The position numbers and the translations under genes are program-made. A DNA stretch of 64,000 nucleotides from a virus. The stretch covers positions 2,150 to 66,149 of the IMG/VR virus record IMGVR_UViG_3300031417_000382; one strand, 5' to 3'. Each line of letters begins with the position of its first letter. The stretch's first letter is position 1. This document shows positions 45,626-55,938 of the stretch, in pieces. The notes under the pieces are model-generated. The model saw only the letters and a program-made list of their open reading frames with translations. It did no database searches and was not told the origin of the DNA.

Positions 45626-46663
45626 TTAGCTTTTCACCTCGATTGTGCCGCTGTCAATGACAACGCGATTAGCCGACCCGTTAGCGTATTCGTTCTGATT
45701 AGGGACGAGATTGAGCGTAAGTTCGACGGTCTGTGTGGTCTTTTGCTTGCTCTGCGTCCAAGTCGTGTACGAAATATCAGCGACGAGCGTTACTCGGTAG
45801 TTTCTAATGCTCTCATCGTACTGGAAGTCAGTGGTCATGTCCTTTACCTGACCGATCCATCGGGATCCGCCACTGGGGAGGTAATCAACACTTTTGCCGG
45901 CGCCGAGGAATACTGGGATGTCGCTTGCGTTAGGGTGCGCCTCTTGCCATGTTTTCGAGAATAGATCACTTAGCTTCTTGTATGAGCCGTCCGTCATGCG
46001 ACCAGCGTTACTGTCAGCTTGCCATCCACCAAAAGTTGGGTTAATGAGGCGCTCAAGCATGGTGCCTGTTTCAGCTTCAAAGTCCTCCTGAGTCCAGTAG
46101 GAGAAAAGCGGGTTAAGGCGCCCGTCGACAGTCTCTTGCTTTGGGTCGTTAGTGAAGCCGGTGCTTTGCGATGGTAGCTGATTTGAAGCCGATTCAAGCA
46201 TGGTGCCGGTGTAAGCAGCGTCAACAGAAGCGTAAACTTCGGTAGCGTTCTTTGGGTTGAACGTCTGCTGTTGCCAAGGCTGAAGCTCAACGGGGTACTT
46301 ATTCGCCGGCTCTTCCCACCAGTTTTGGGGTTGCCCTGCAACGTTGCCGTTCTTTTGAGTATCTGTCCCTTCGCCTTTACCAGCGGCTACTTGATGAGTT
46401 TCTTTTTCACCAAAGCGGAGAGCTCCTGAGGTGGGATCGTAGATCACAAGGCCAGCAACAATGAGAGCGGTTACTCCAGCTCCCACGCCAAGAAGCACCT
46501 TACGGTTACGTGAGTTATCTCCACGCTGTCTCTTAAGGGCCTGATCTTGGCGCGCCTTGTCAGCCTTCTCCTCGGCCATGAGTTTTTCGAACTCAGTTTG
46601 CGGCTTCGAGGAATCCGGCGTATTGGAATCATCCGGTCGTTTCGGCAACATTCGTTTCTCCAC
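45626..46663 (-). CDS. Bitopic conjugation-associated protein (possible VirB8/TcpC-like NTF2 fold)
   Basis: Single TM, C-terminal beta-rich YRVTLVADISY...VELTLNL...VVID. Confidence 0.55.
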   Translation of the reverse strand: MEKRMLPKRPDDSNTPDSSKPQTEFEKLMAEEKADKARQDQALKRQRGDNSRNRKVLLGVGAGVTALIVAGLVIYDPTSGALRFGEKETHQVAAGKGEGTDTQKNGNVAGQPQNWWEEPANKYPVELQPWQQQTFNPKNATEVYASVDAAYTGTMLESASNQLPSQSTGFTNDPKQETVDGRLNPLFSYWTQEDFEAETGTMLERLINPTFGGWQADSNAGRMTDGSYKKLSDLFSKTWQEAHPNASDIPVFLGAGKSVDYLPSGGSRWIGQVKDMTTDFQYDESIRNYRVTLVADISYTTWTQSKQKTTQTVELTLNLVPNQNEYANGSANRVVIDSGTIEVKS

Positions 46664-46685
46664 ACTGCTTTACTCGGTTAGGGTG

Positions 46686-46692
46686 AATATCG
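46686..46692 (-). promoter_or_regulatory. CGATATT motif
   Basis: 23 nt upstream of GTG 46663. Confidence 0.5.
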
Positions 46693-46713
46693 CTGCGGGT
46701 TTGAAACTTAGCG

Positions 46714-47118
46714 TTACCTCTTATAGCTTCTACGGAACGGGTTCTTTAACTTCGGACGGAGAGCTACTAATACTACGAAGCCACCAAGAATAATGATGTA
46801 GCTAATAGATGGCACAAGACCAACAGCAACCCATGGGAAGAGACCTACACCGAAACCGGCGAACCCGAAGTCAGCGTGACGAACTCGTGTTCCGAAGATG
46901 CCGATGCCGACTAGCATTACAAGAGCACCGATAACTCCAGTGACGAGTGGAGCTAGAACGCCACCATCGAGCACTGTATATGTGAGAGCTACGTTAGCTG
47001 CTACGAGGAGAAAGTAAACTCCAAAGTAGGTCTTCATTGTAGCCTTGAGAGCCTGCGTTAGGATGATACCTACCAATAGAGGGACGAACATAAGAAGCTG
47101 TTCCGGTTGCACGGTCAC
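46714..47118 (-). CDS. Small polytopic membrane protein
   Basis: 134 aa, ~5 hydrophobic segments; overlaps upstream gene (GTGA). Confidence 0.65.
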   Translation of the reverse strand: MTVQPEQLLMFVPLLVGIILTQALKATMKTYFGVYFLLVAANVALTYTVLDGGVLAPLVTGVIGALVMLVGIGIFGTRVRHADFGFAGFGVGLFPWVAVGLVPSISYIIILGGFVVLVALRPKLKNPFRRSYKR

Positions 47119-48386
47119 TGCCAGCCTTTCATGAGCTTGTCTAGCTCGTCTTCTTCATCGTCATCTTCGCCGAATCCCTTGTCAGTGCTTCCATCGTCAA
47201 TTTTCAGAGTGTCAAGGAAGTCAGCTACGTCGTCCTCGGGGAGATCAAACGATGAGTTCTGTGTCTTAGGTTTTGGCTCCCGAGAAGCCGCCGGCGCCGT
47301 TGTGGGGGCTGGTAGTTCATCGAAGTCAGGAAGAACATCAAGTACAGGCTCCGGAGCGCTGTTAGTGATCTGCCCAAAGTCTGGGAGTTCTTCGTCGTCA
47401 TCAGCCGATTCGAAAACGATTTCAGCCGACTCATGCTCCATGCCGTAGGCTGGCCCGGTCGGCATGTCATCTGCCTCTTCCTCGTAGCGAGCAAGCTCAA
47501 AACGAAGTGACTGGTTACTCTCTTTTAACTCTTCACATTCTCGAGTAAGACTTGAGAGCTCGTTCCGCATTCCTTCGTATAGCTTACGTTCGTCAGAGTT
47601 GAGTGTGGTTTTCTGCTGATCAGTGAGCCGCTGGATCTTAAGCTTGAGTTCTAGGTTCTCATTCTCAAGCTCCTGCGCATCCGACGTTGGGATGATCCCG
47701 ATGCCGGCGGCTAACTGGTTGTCGTATTTGAGGTTGTTCGCGTCTACCTGAAGACGGTCCACGGTGGTAGCAAGCTTTGCGATGTGTTCGTTTCGAAGCT
47801 GGAGTAAGCGAATGAGCTCAGCAACGGTTGATTCAGCACGCTCTACGAAGTACTGAACCTGGCCTTGATCAAAGCCCTGCGGTACCTGGATGTCGAAATC
47901 GATTTCTTGGAAGTCGTCTGGCATGAGATAGCGCTCGCCAATGACAAAGGTGCTAGGAATCTTGAGCACATCGAGCACATCCTGGATAGCGCCGTTGTCC
48001 GGTACAAGTTCGTTAACTCCAGCACCTTGGTTCTTACTATCCCAAGCCGCTTGCTTCTCTTCGTAGAAGTTCGGCTCGCTATCATCGATCTCAAACGCAG
48101 TGCTTTCGGAGCGAAGATGACGGCTTTCAGTTATGTCTCTGTGGAGTTCTCCAGCAGGTACGTCGTTATCGTCTTCGTCGTCTTCAGGTTCTTCGTCGTG
48201 GTGCTTACCGAGAGACGGTAGGAGGTTCTTAGCCCCAGAGAAGTCGAGCTTCTTACGCGGCGCTTTAGGCTCTTTCTCACGCTGAGCAGGCTCTTCGTTC
48301 TTCGGCATTGCATCGTAGTCTACGACGCGTACAGTCTCTTCGCTAGCTCGCGCAAAGCGGCGCGAAGCTTTATCGAGTAGGCCCAT
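47115..48386 (-). CDS. DivIVA-like domain coiled-coil protein with acidic tails
   Basis: LMPDDFQEIDF...QGFDQGQVQYFV resembles DivIVA N-terminal LTPxDI...F...RGYDxxEVxxFL; long heptad coil follows. Confidence 0.6.
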   Translation of the reverse strand: MGLLDKASRRFARASEETVRVVDYDAMPKNEEPAQREKEPKAPRKKLDFSGAKNLLPSLGKHHDEEPEDDEDDNDVPAGELHRDITESRHLRSESTAFEIDDSEPNFYEEKQAAWDSKNQGAGVNELVPDNGAIQDVLDVLKIPSTFVIGERYLMPDDFQEIDFDIQVPQGFDQGQVQYFVERAESTVAELIRLLQLRNEHIAKLATTVDRLQVDANNLKYDNQLAAGIGIIPTSDAQELENENLELKLKIQRLTDQQKTTLNSDERKLYEGMRNELSSLTRECEELKESNQSLRFELARYEEEADDMPTGPAYGMEHESAEIVFESADDDEELPDFGQITNSAPEPVLDVLPDFDELPAPTTAPAASREPKPKTQNSSFDLPEDDVADFLDTLKIDDGSTDKGFGEDDDEEDELDKLMKGWQ

Positions 48387-48424
48387 TAACCGTCGCCTTT
48401 CCAGATGTGGTTGTCAGCAGTAGC

Positions 48425-48431
48425 AATATCA
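48425..48431 (-). promoter_or_regulatory. TGATATT motif
   Basis: 39 nt upstream of ATG 48386. Confidence 0.45.
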
Positions 48432-48440
48432 CTTGGCGTG

Positions 48441-51400
48441 CTACGAGCCCACTTTTCTCTCAAGATCAGCGAATACTGTCTGTACATCGGTCTCCTGAGT
48501 ACCGATTACGGTCGGCGTTGATGAGTAGTCTCCTGCGCCAGCAAGGTTGTTCTCGTAGGCGTACTGAACGATAGCCTGAGCGTAGAGATAGAGTACTGCC
48601 GAAAGCTCTCTCGGATCTCCGGTGCGGATAGCACGTTCAATGAGTGCTTCGTTTCCGTGCAGGTACGGACGTAGGAAGTCTGGGATCTCCGGCACTGCGC
48701 CGGCTTGAGTCAGATCCTTACGAAGCGCCTCACCGATGAGTTCTCCAGGAGTCGGGCCGTTCATTTCGCTCTGTTTGAGCGAAGCTGTCACGGCCGTAAG
48801 CTCAATACTGTCAACGTGAGATTTGGTCTTACGAACCTTTGCGTCCGGCGCAGCTTCCTGACCATCGCCACGGATTCGGATCTGCTGGTACGACCACTCC
48901 TGCGGCATATTGTCGATGCCGCCGAATTTCTCATTGACACATTCAACGTGCCACTTGTTGCCGTTAATGTCAGAAATCACGGTGCCTTGAGCAGCTCCGT
49001 TCGGCATATCTTCCAAGCCGTCTTTAAGCGGCTGGCCGCAGTAGACACAAAGCTCGCCTTCTGGAAGCTTTTCGCTTAGTGTCTCGTAAGTGTTTAGTGC
49101 ACGACGCATGGCCATGCTATCCTGGTAGTAAGCCTGAGTCTTAAGCTCACGGAGGAATCCGGTCTTCAGACCGTTGCCGAAACCTGCACCGTTACGAGCC
49201 GACATGACTCCACCGACCGCTGCCCCGACACCAACGTTGCTTACGCCGGCGCCGATCTTGCGCACCTGGCCCTTGAGTTTACCAGAGATCATGCTTGCTT
49301 TGCTCTCCATACTCGGATCAGCGAAGCGGAACGTAAAGAGGCCGCCGACCGTATCGATGAGCTTATCCTTGAGCTTCCACAGAATCACTGAGACGAGCGT
49401 GAGTGCAGCAACACCCCAGAAGTAATCCTGATCGGCCATCATGTTCAACACAGTGCTAAGGATCACCAGGTTAAGCACGAGGATGACTCCCATCATCACT
49501 CGCTTCATTATAAGGTTGAGAAGAAGTTGTCCCCAGGTCTTGAATGTCTCGTAGCCTCTATCTCCTAGGCTTCCCATGAGTAGGAAGATTGGAGCAAAAG
49601 CCATCACGATGATGATTCCGAACCCGTAGATAGCGGAGAGGAAGCCGAAAACAACGATGGTGAAGAGTCCGGCTCCGGCAGCTAAGATACTGGTAAAAGC
49701 GATACCGATTCTCTGTAGAGAGTTACCGCCGACCCACGTGCTCCAATAGGGAGTAGGCTTCTTGCTAAGATCGGGCTCAGCGTAGCGGACTTCCTTGATG
49801 GCCTCACCGTTGTTCTGGTTGACCTCCCCTGAGATGGCTGTTTCTTTCTCATTGTAGTTTGCCATGGCGTCTACGATGCGATACCAGTCGTTAGCGATGC
49901 CGTTAGTGTAAACAGCTAGCGACGGCTGCCCCGGCTCTGACGAGTCTTCAGAGTCCTTAGCCGGAGTTTGAGCGTGCGCGTTTGTCTCGGTTGAGATCTG
50001 GTATAGAGCCCAGTTGTAGATGTATGAGTCTCCACCGACCGGCACTGCAGCGTCACCGACCATGGCTTCGTTGTTGATCTTTACTTCGCCGGTCTTGCCG
50101 TATGAACCCTTCGGAATGTGTCCCTGAGCATAAAGCTTGTTGTAATCAGCACCGAACTGACCAAGTGACCACGGCTTTACTAAGAACGTAGCCCAAAGCT
50201 GGCATCCAACTGCGGAGCGCATGTTCTCAGAAGCTTTAGTCAGAAGATCTTGAGCACCCTTGGCATCGGTGACTGTCTTCCCCTTACCGGGGTTAGTTTC
50301 AACAGTCTTGGCTGCCGAGCCGTCTGTAGAACAGATGCCACCTCCGGCGGTAAGACTCGAGCTCATGGCGTTGATTACTAGTGACTGTAGCACCACAGCT
50401 GCGTTATTCGGAAGTGTGACGAAGAAAGCCGGGGCTGCGAAGACAATAATCGAGATCATGAAGAGCGCTACCGAGCGGAAGAGCATGGTGAGTGCACCTC
50501 TAAACTCGCGCTTAATCAGCCCCTTACGGATGAGCAAGAGGCCCACAAGCACCATCACAATGCCGATAAAAGGCTGATAGATCCCCTTGTAGAGGCTGGT
50601 GAACACGCCTCCTTCGCCACCGATGAGGTCGTTGAGCTTTAGCAGCTTAGTGAAATCAGAGAAAGAGATGTTGACGAGAGCAATTGCTACCGCTACGATG
50701 CTCTTGGTTACTGAGAACGTCCAGTTAGCCGTAGTGTTAAGGAATCCTTCACCGAGGTTTGCCATAAGCCCGTTACCGAACTGGGCAGTACGAACGTCCT
50801 TAGTGTCCTTCACGCCGTCGTAAGTAGTGAGAGGCTCAAGTCGGCCATCGTAAAGAACGCCGAGCTTTAGGTCGCGAGGCTCACCGTCACCGCAGATGTC
50901 TACATAAGGATAACGCCACTCTCCGTTGTAGCGAGTCCAGGAAAGGCCTGCCATGCCGAATCGGTCGTAAGCTGTTACTCGCGAACCGGAGTTCGGAGTC
51001 GCTTTCTTGATCGGTTCACCGTCGGTGAGATTAACACCGAGGATACGCTCGTTAGTCTTCGTGAAGCTCTCTGAGCGACCCCAGTTGATGAACGAGTTAA
51101 GAAGCCCGTCCACATCCTGAGTGCCGGAGTTTACAGTACTCTTTGATTCGAAAGCGAAGTGAAGGTCATCTGTATGAGTTACTCGGTAGATAGTGTAGGT
51201 TACGCTATCTTTACCGAAGAGCTTTGCGTCGCTGTCTGGGCCAGCCCAAGAGTTCATAAACGGAATACCGTCACAAACGATGTCGTTCGTGATGTCTGCG
51301 CTAGCTAACTCATGCTTGACCATCGATGTGGTGCTCACCGCTCCGAGAGTTGCAAGAGCGACTACAAATAGACCGGCAAGTGGAGCGAGTAGCTTCCTAC

Positions 51401-51443
51401 GGATTCGGGTAGTGCGGGAAGGGCGAGTGATGTACCCTGCCAT
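48441..51443 (-). CDS. VirB6/TrbL-like polytopic conjugation membrane protein (1000 aa)
   Basis: TM clusters, CQLWATFLVKPWSLGQFG, NWALYQ, WYRIVD, MAFAPIFLLMG...KTW. Confidence 0.7.
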   Translation of the reverse strand: MAGYITRPSRTTRIRRKLLAPLAGLFVVALATLGAVSTTSMVKHELASADITNDIVCDGIPFMNSWAGPDSDAKLFGKDSVTYTIYRVTHTDDLHFAFESKSTVNSGTQDVDGLLNSFINWGRSESFTKTNERILGVNLTDGEPIKKATPNSGSRVTAYDRFGMAGLSWTRYNGEWRYPYVDICGDGEPRDLKLGVLYDGRLEPLTTYDGVKDTKDVRTAQFGNGLMANLGEGFLNTTANWTFSVTKSIVAVAIALVNISFSDFTKLLKLNDLIGGEGGVFTSLYKGIYQPFIGIVMVLVGLLLIRKGLIKREFRGALTMLFRSVALFMISIIVFAAPAFFVTLPNNAAVVLQSLVINAMSSSLTAGGGICSTDGSAAKTVETNPGKGKTVTDAKGAQDLLTKASENMRSAVGCQLWATFLVKPWSLGQFGADYNKLYAQGHIPKGSYGKTGEVKINNEAMVGDAAVPVGGDSYIYNWALYQISTETNAHAQTPAKDSEDSSEPGQPSLAVYTNGIANDWYRIVDAMANYNEKETAISGEVNQNNGEAIKEVRYAEPDLSKKPTPYWSTWVGGNSLQRIGIAFTSILAAGAGLFTIVVFGFLSAIYGFGIIIVMAFAPIFLLMGSLGDRGYETFKTWGQLLLNLIMKRVMMGVILVLNLVILSTVLNMMADQDYFWGVAALTLVSVILWKLKDKLIDTVGGLFTFRFADPSMESKASMISGKLKGQVRKIGAGVSNVGVGAAVGGVMSARNGAGFGNGLKTGFLRELKTQAYYQDSMAMRRALNTYETLSEKLPEGELCVYCGQPLKDGLEDMPNGAAQGTVISDINGNKWHVECVNEKFGGIDNMPQEWSYQQIRIRGDGQEAAPDAKVRKTKSHVDSIELTAVTASLKQSEMNGPTPGELIGEALRKDLTQAGAVPEIPDFLRPYLHGNEALIERAIRTGDPRELSAVLYLYAQAIVQYAYENNLAGAGDYSSTPTVIGTQETDVQTVFADLERKVGS

Positions 51444-54400
51444 CAGTTACCCCCGTTGTTCTCGTCGTTTGTGCGGGGAGAGCTGTTGTTCCCTGCTGCT
51501 TTAACTCGAAGAGTCATATCACGAATGGCCTCTTTAGTGGCCTTTCGAGAGTCCGAAGCGATGTACTCCTGCTTCGAAACGTAGCGCAGCTGATCCTCGA
51601 TGCGCTCGATCTCAAACTCGACACTTTCTTGAGTTCGAGTATCTTTCATAGAGTCACGGATGAGCTTCTTTATCTTGACACGATCACCGTTGGTGAAGCC
51701 TTCAGTGTCAGAAAGCTCATTATCGATCTTCCGGAAGATCGTGTCCATGTCACCCTTCATCTCCACATCGAGGTTCTTCTCGAGCTTAGCCTTAGCGCGA
51801 AGATCGGTTTCCTCTCTGAACTGCTTGAGCGCCGGGGAAGCGTCGATGCGAGAGTAGTTACTGTAGGCGTTGCGAACACGCTCATCCGGGTTACTCTGAA
51901 CCTTTTCGAGACGTTCAACCTTTCGCTTACGGATGTCAAGCGATTCATCTTCAAGCTCAGCGTGACGCTCTACAAGACGACGATCCTGTGGCTTCATGAG
52001 ATCTTCGTAGTTATTGAAGTTCTCGGTAGGCTTAGAGATTAGCTCCTTTGATGGGTCGTCTTCAGCAACGATGAACTTTTCTAGAATCTGTTCTCCACGA
52101 CGGTCAAGCATCGGAAGACCTTCATCGGTGTAGCGAGGCTTTGCGACCTCGACGTAGCCCGGTTGCGTCTTTAGGAGATCGTAGAGCTGCTGCTTATCAC
52201 GAAGATCCTGAGTTGCCTGACCAGGAGTAGAGCTAGTTTCACCCTTCTCAAGAATCTCAGTAATACGGCGCTGAATATCCGGGTCAGCCTTTCGAGTAAG
52301 CTTCGTCTCGTTGTCGATCTCTTTAGCGGTAGCAAGACCAGAGCGAACGCCCTCGAATCCTTCGGAGCGACGCTGAACACGGAACAGCATAGCGTTACGT
52401 GAGCGAAGCTCGTCGAGTACTGCACCACCGAACTTGGTGTTCCCGTTCTCATCGGTGTACTTCTTGATTGGAGCGCGACCGGAGAAAACAGAACCAAGAG
52501 CAGCTGTAGCCACAGCTGTACGACCTTCCTGAAGTTGTTCAGCCTTCTGAGCAACAGTCTTAAGAAGCGGCCATTCCTTCATGGCTGCGCTTGGGTTCTC
52601 GCGCCACATACGACCAAAGTTCGGATCACCGATGCTCTTGAAGACGTAGCCCATGATGCTCTTTCTCCAGAACCAGAATAGAGCACAAACAAGCAAGCCC
52701 ATGAGGAAGCTATTGAAGTAGCTTCCGCTACCGGCTCCGGCGAATGTGAGCAGGAGTACGAAGAAGATCGAAAGTACGATGATGAGCACAACACGCTGAA
52801 TCATCATGCCGACAATAGCCATGAGATAGTCTTTGAGCTGCGGTCGCTTACTTGGGAACAGTCCCAGCAAGAATGCAAACGGTAGGAAGACCAGCATGAG
52901 AGCTGATACAGTCGTTACGGCAATCTTCGTCACTGAGTATGCGATCACCACTGCTGATCCAAAGATAGCTAGGATCGGGCTCAACGTAGCGATCAACCAA
53001 CGCTGGCTCTGATCAGCACCGGACCATGCGTGGCCGTATCGGTTTTCAGTACCCGCACCGTTATTTGGGCCGAACTGTGCGTCTACAATGCGGTAGAAGT
53101 TCGGATCTACACGGCCGTTCTTGATACTCGTGTCTGAAGTGGTTGCGGTGCCGGTCTTTACAGTGTCGAGCTGGTATAGAGCCCAGTTCTTAACCACAAC
53201 ACCGTTACCCATGTTGACACCTGCGTCGCCAACGAGTGAACCGTTAGTGTTCTTCCACTTCGTCGCTCCAGCCGGCACCCCGGTAGCGCCCTTAGCGTAA
53301 AGCTGGTTGAAATCAGCTCCGTACTGTCCGTAGACCCACGGGGTAAAGTCAAAGACACGCCAGTTATTACAGACGAGCTCGCGAGTAGCCTGCGATGAGC
53401 TCGTGTCTGTCATCTTCCCAAAGATGTTGCCCTTAGCGTTCACAGCTCCGTTAGTGGAAGTGCAAAGCTCATCGTTCCCCACGGAGCTCATCTTGAAGAT
53501 GTTCCCAACTACCGCTTGTTCTACCGCCGCCGGTGCTTTCTGAACAAAGTCGATGGTGGCGTCAGTTTTGTACATGAGCATGGTGCCGGAGATGAAGACC
53601 AGGCACATAAGGATGATGCTAGTGAAGCCTTCACGATAAGCCTGGTTCTTGAAGGCTCGGAAGAGAATCTGGATAGCGCCGGCGGCTACAAGCATGAACG
53701 CTAGTGGGAAGAAGATGCTATCCCGGAAGCCCTTGATGAGCCCGCTAATAATCTTGGTGAGCCCGAGAGAATCAAGAATCGGAGAGTACGTCCAGGTAAT
53801 AACCTCACTCGAAAGCTTCGTTGCGAACTGTCCGATACCAAGCCCGAACCCCTGGATCTGAGTCGAAAGCTCAGTAAGAGTGCCGGTGAAGACAACGCTC
53901 ATCGGGTCGCCGAAGTTTGAGATGTGGCGAGTATCAAGAGCAGGCTTCTGATTCGCACCGCCGGTGTAACCGTTGCCAAATAGGCCGTTCTGAATCGGTG
54001 CACGGAATTGCTTGTTACAGGCTGGGTTCGTGCCGCCGTCAGCGTTGAAAGCGTAGACGTACATCGAAACGCCGTTGACACTTCGCTGCATATCTGTGCC
54101 GTCAGCGTTTGTGCAAACGTAGCGACGCCATGGAGCATTGAAGTTGAGCGAATCCTGGTTCTTCTGGAGGAAGGACTGGATCATTACCTGAGATAGAACA
54201 TCCGAAACCCAGTCGTTGTTCTGCTGCGCCTGGTTGTCCTCATACTTCTTGTTGGCTACTTTGTTCCAAGCGTAGGGAGAGCTTACGCTTCCCGCCGGCT
54301 TTCCACCGGTGTAAGAAGTACCGGCGCCACTAGCGGTTCCACCCCAGCAGTCTTTAAAGCTGCCCCAGATAGAGTCAGCGGAAGTACCGCCGTTAGAGTA

Positions 54401-55912
54401 GGTAGCGGAGCAGTCGATGCCAAGTGCCTTACCCTTGTTCAGTACGTCACTGTTCCACTCAGCCCAAGTAGCTGCGGTGTCAGCCTTACGATTACCGTCA
54501 GCGTCATACTTGTAGAAGTCATCAAGGCTAAGCTTGTCACCGTCGTAAGCCTTAGCGCTCTTCCACTGATTGATACTCTCACGAGCCTGTGACTCACACG
54601 AGTCCCGCTTAATCCCGGTGTAGTTTGGGTCGTTCTGCTGATCACCGGAGGGCTTACCTCGTTCTTCGAAGCCACCTCGCGATGGCTCGCCCTCAGCGTT
54701 GACCTTAACAGTCATCACTTCACACTTAGCAATCGGCTTCCGTGGCGGTTTACCTCCGTCAGCAATGCTTAAGAGATCGTCTCCTAGTATGGCGTTAGCT
54801 GGATTGCTCTGAGTCAGAATCTGAATGAAGGATAGGCGGATAGCTGCCGCCATCTCAGCGTCTGTGAGCTGCCGCATTCCGTACGCAGTGTTTGCGTAAC
54901 CAACGCGATACCAGGCAAACGAGACGAGTACGTTCAGATCTGAAGAGTCTAAGATCGGCGTAATACCTCCGGCCACACTCCCTTGGAAGTAGCCAGAGAA
55001 GAATCCGCCGATGGCTTTGAAGACGTTGCCGTTACTTCCGAGCTGATCGTTGAAGTTGTCAACACCAACAGCTAGTCCGCTCGAGATAGAGTTACCCACC
55101 GCACTACCAGTAAGGGAAATCTTGTCGAAGAATCCAAAGTTACTCAGAAGACGTGCTTCGCTTTGAGTCTTGATGTGATCCCATTCACCGAGATAAGTAG
55201 TCCACGGCAGGCTGTAACCGTAAAGCTCGAGACCGGTGTACTTCTCGGAGCGGAAGTCAGCGTTGACCGGAACCTGCCCATCACCGGGAAGATTCTTCGG
55301 GATCCCAAATAGATCTCCAGCGTAGGCGTTCTGAGCCTCACCGTTCTGAACTCCAGAGCGGTCAAAGAGCGCGTAGCTGTCCTGGAGGAACTCAGTCATT
55401 AAGTTCGGTACATCACAATTGTGGTAGTACGCTGTGCCGGCACCGCGAGCGTTCGTGTTACAAGCATAGACAGTTGAGCTCGGGTTACTGATACCAAGCT
55501 TTTCGGCCATAGCTCTTGAGGAGCCGGCAACGGTTGCGTGCTTTACATTGTTGATGTAGCGGATGCCAAAGACACTCCAAAGAAGGCCTTGTAGCGAGGT
55601 AACCTCTTTGGTAGAGTCATAGGAGCTCACCTGATTAAAGAGATAGCTGCCGTTCTGCTCATCCTTCGGAATACCCGGATCTAAGCTGTCAAGCACCTTC
55701 TTAGCGTCGTCAGCAGCTTTCTGAGACTCAGCAGACGAATCCCCCGGATCAGCAAATGCGATCTCAGGAGAAATTCCCACGCCGGAGACGAGCACGAAGA
55801 AAGCCAGGAGCGTAGCCACCATCGAGACTGCCCACTTAGCGACACCTCTACCGGAGCGCGCAGTGCGACGACCGCCGGCAATGTATGTCGCCCCAGCGTT
55901 TCTAGCGTGCAT
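51443..55912 (-). CDS. VirB6/TrbL-like polytopic conjugation membrane protein (1489 aa) with large extracellular domain
   Basis: Paralogous core CNNWRVFDFTPWVYGQYG, NWALYQ, FYRIVD, FLPFAFLLGLFP; long N-terminal extracellular insert and charged C-terminal coil. Confidence 0.7.
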   Translation of the reverse strand: MHARNAGATYIAGGRRTARSGRGVAKWAVSMVATLLAFFVLVSGVGISPEIAFADPGDSSAESQKAADDAKKVLDSLDPGIPKDEQNGSYLFNQVSSYDSTKEVTSLQGLLWSVFGIRYINNVKHATVAGSSRAMAEKLGISNPSSTVYACNTNARGAGTAYYHNCDVPNLMTEFLQDSYALFDRSGVQNGEAQNAYAGDLFGIPKNLPGDGQVPVNADFRSEKYTGLELYGYSLPWTTYLGEWDHIKTQSEARLLSNFGFFDKISLTGSAVGNSISSGLAVGVDNFNDQLGSNGNVFKAIGGFFSGYFQGSVAGGITPILDSSDLNVLVSFAWYRVGYANTAYGMRQLTDAEMAAAIRLSFIQILTQSNPANAILGDDLLSIADGGKPPRKPIAKCEVMTVKVNAEGEPSRGGFEERGKPSGDQQNDPNYTGIKRDSCESQARESINQWKSAKAYDGDKLSLDDFYKYDADGNRKADTAATWAEWNSDVLNKGKALGIDCSATYSNGGTSADSIWGSFKDCWGGTASGAGTSYTGGKPAGSVSSPYAWNKVANKKYEDNQAQQNNDWVSDVLSQVMIQSFLQKNQDSLNFNAPWRRYVCTNADGTDMQRSVNGVSMYVYAFNADGGTNPACNKQFRAPIQNGLFGNGYTGGANQKPALDTRHISNFGDPMSVVFTGTLTELSTQIQGFGLGIGQFATKLSSEVITWTYSPILDSLGLTKIISGLIKGFRDSIFFPLAFMLVAAGAIQILFRAFKNQAYREGFTSIILMCLVFISGTMLMYKTDATIDFVQKAPAAVEQAVVGNIFKMSSVGNDELCTSTNGAVNAKGNIFGKMTDTSSSQATRELVCNNWRVFDFTPWVYGQYGADFNQLYAKGATGVPAGATKWKNTNGSLVGDAGVNMGNGVVVKNWALYQLDTVKTGTATTSDTSIKNGRVDPNFYRIVDAQFGPNNGAGTENRYGHAWSGADQSQRWLIATLSPILAIFGSAVVIAYSVTKIAVTTVSALMLVFLPFAFLLGLFPSKRPQLKDYLMAIVGMMIQRVVLIIVLSIFFVLLLTFAGAGSGSYFNSFLMGLLVCALFWFWRKSIMGYVFKSIGDPNFGRMWRENPSAAMKEWPLLKTVAQKAEQLQEGRTAVATAALGSVFSGRAPIKKYTDENGNTKFGGAVLDELRSRNAMLFRVQRRSEGFEGVRSGLATAKEIDNETKLTRKADPDIQRRITEILEKGETSSTPGQATQDLRDKQQLYDLLKTQPGYVEVAKPRYTDEGLPMLDRRGEQILEKFIVAEDDPSKELISKPTENFNNYEDLMKPQDRRLVERHAELEDESLDIRKRKVERLEKVQSNPDERVRNAYSNYSRIDASPALKQFREETDLRAKAKLEKNLDVEMKGDMDTIFRKIDNELSDTEGFTNGDRVKIKKLIRDSMKDTRTQESVEFEIERIEDQLRYVSKQEYIASDSRKATKEAIRDMTLRVKAAGNNSSPRTNDENNGGN

Positions 55913-55938
55913 TTAGGGCCACTTCCTCAGGTTGGATC

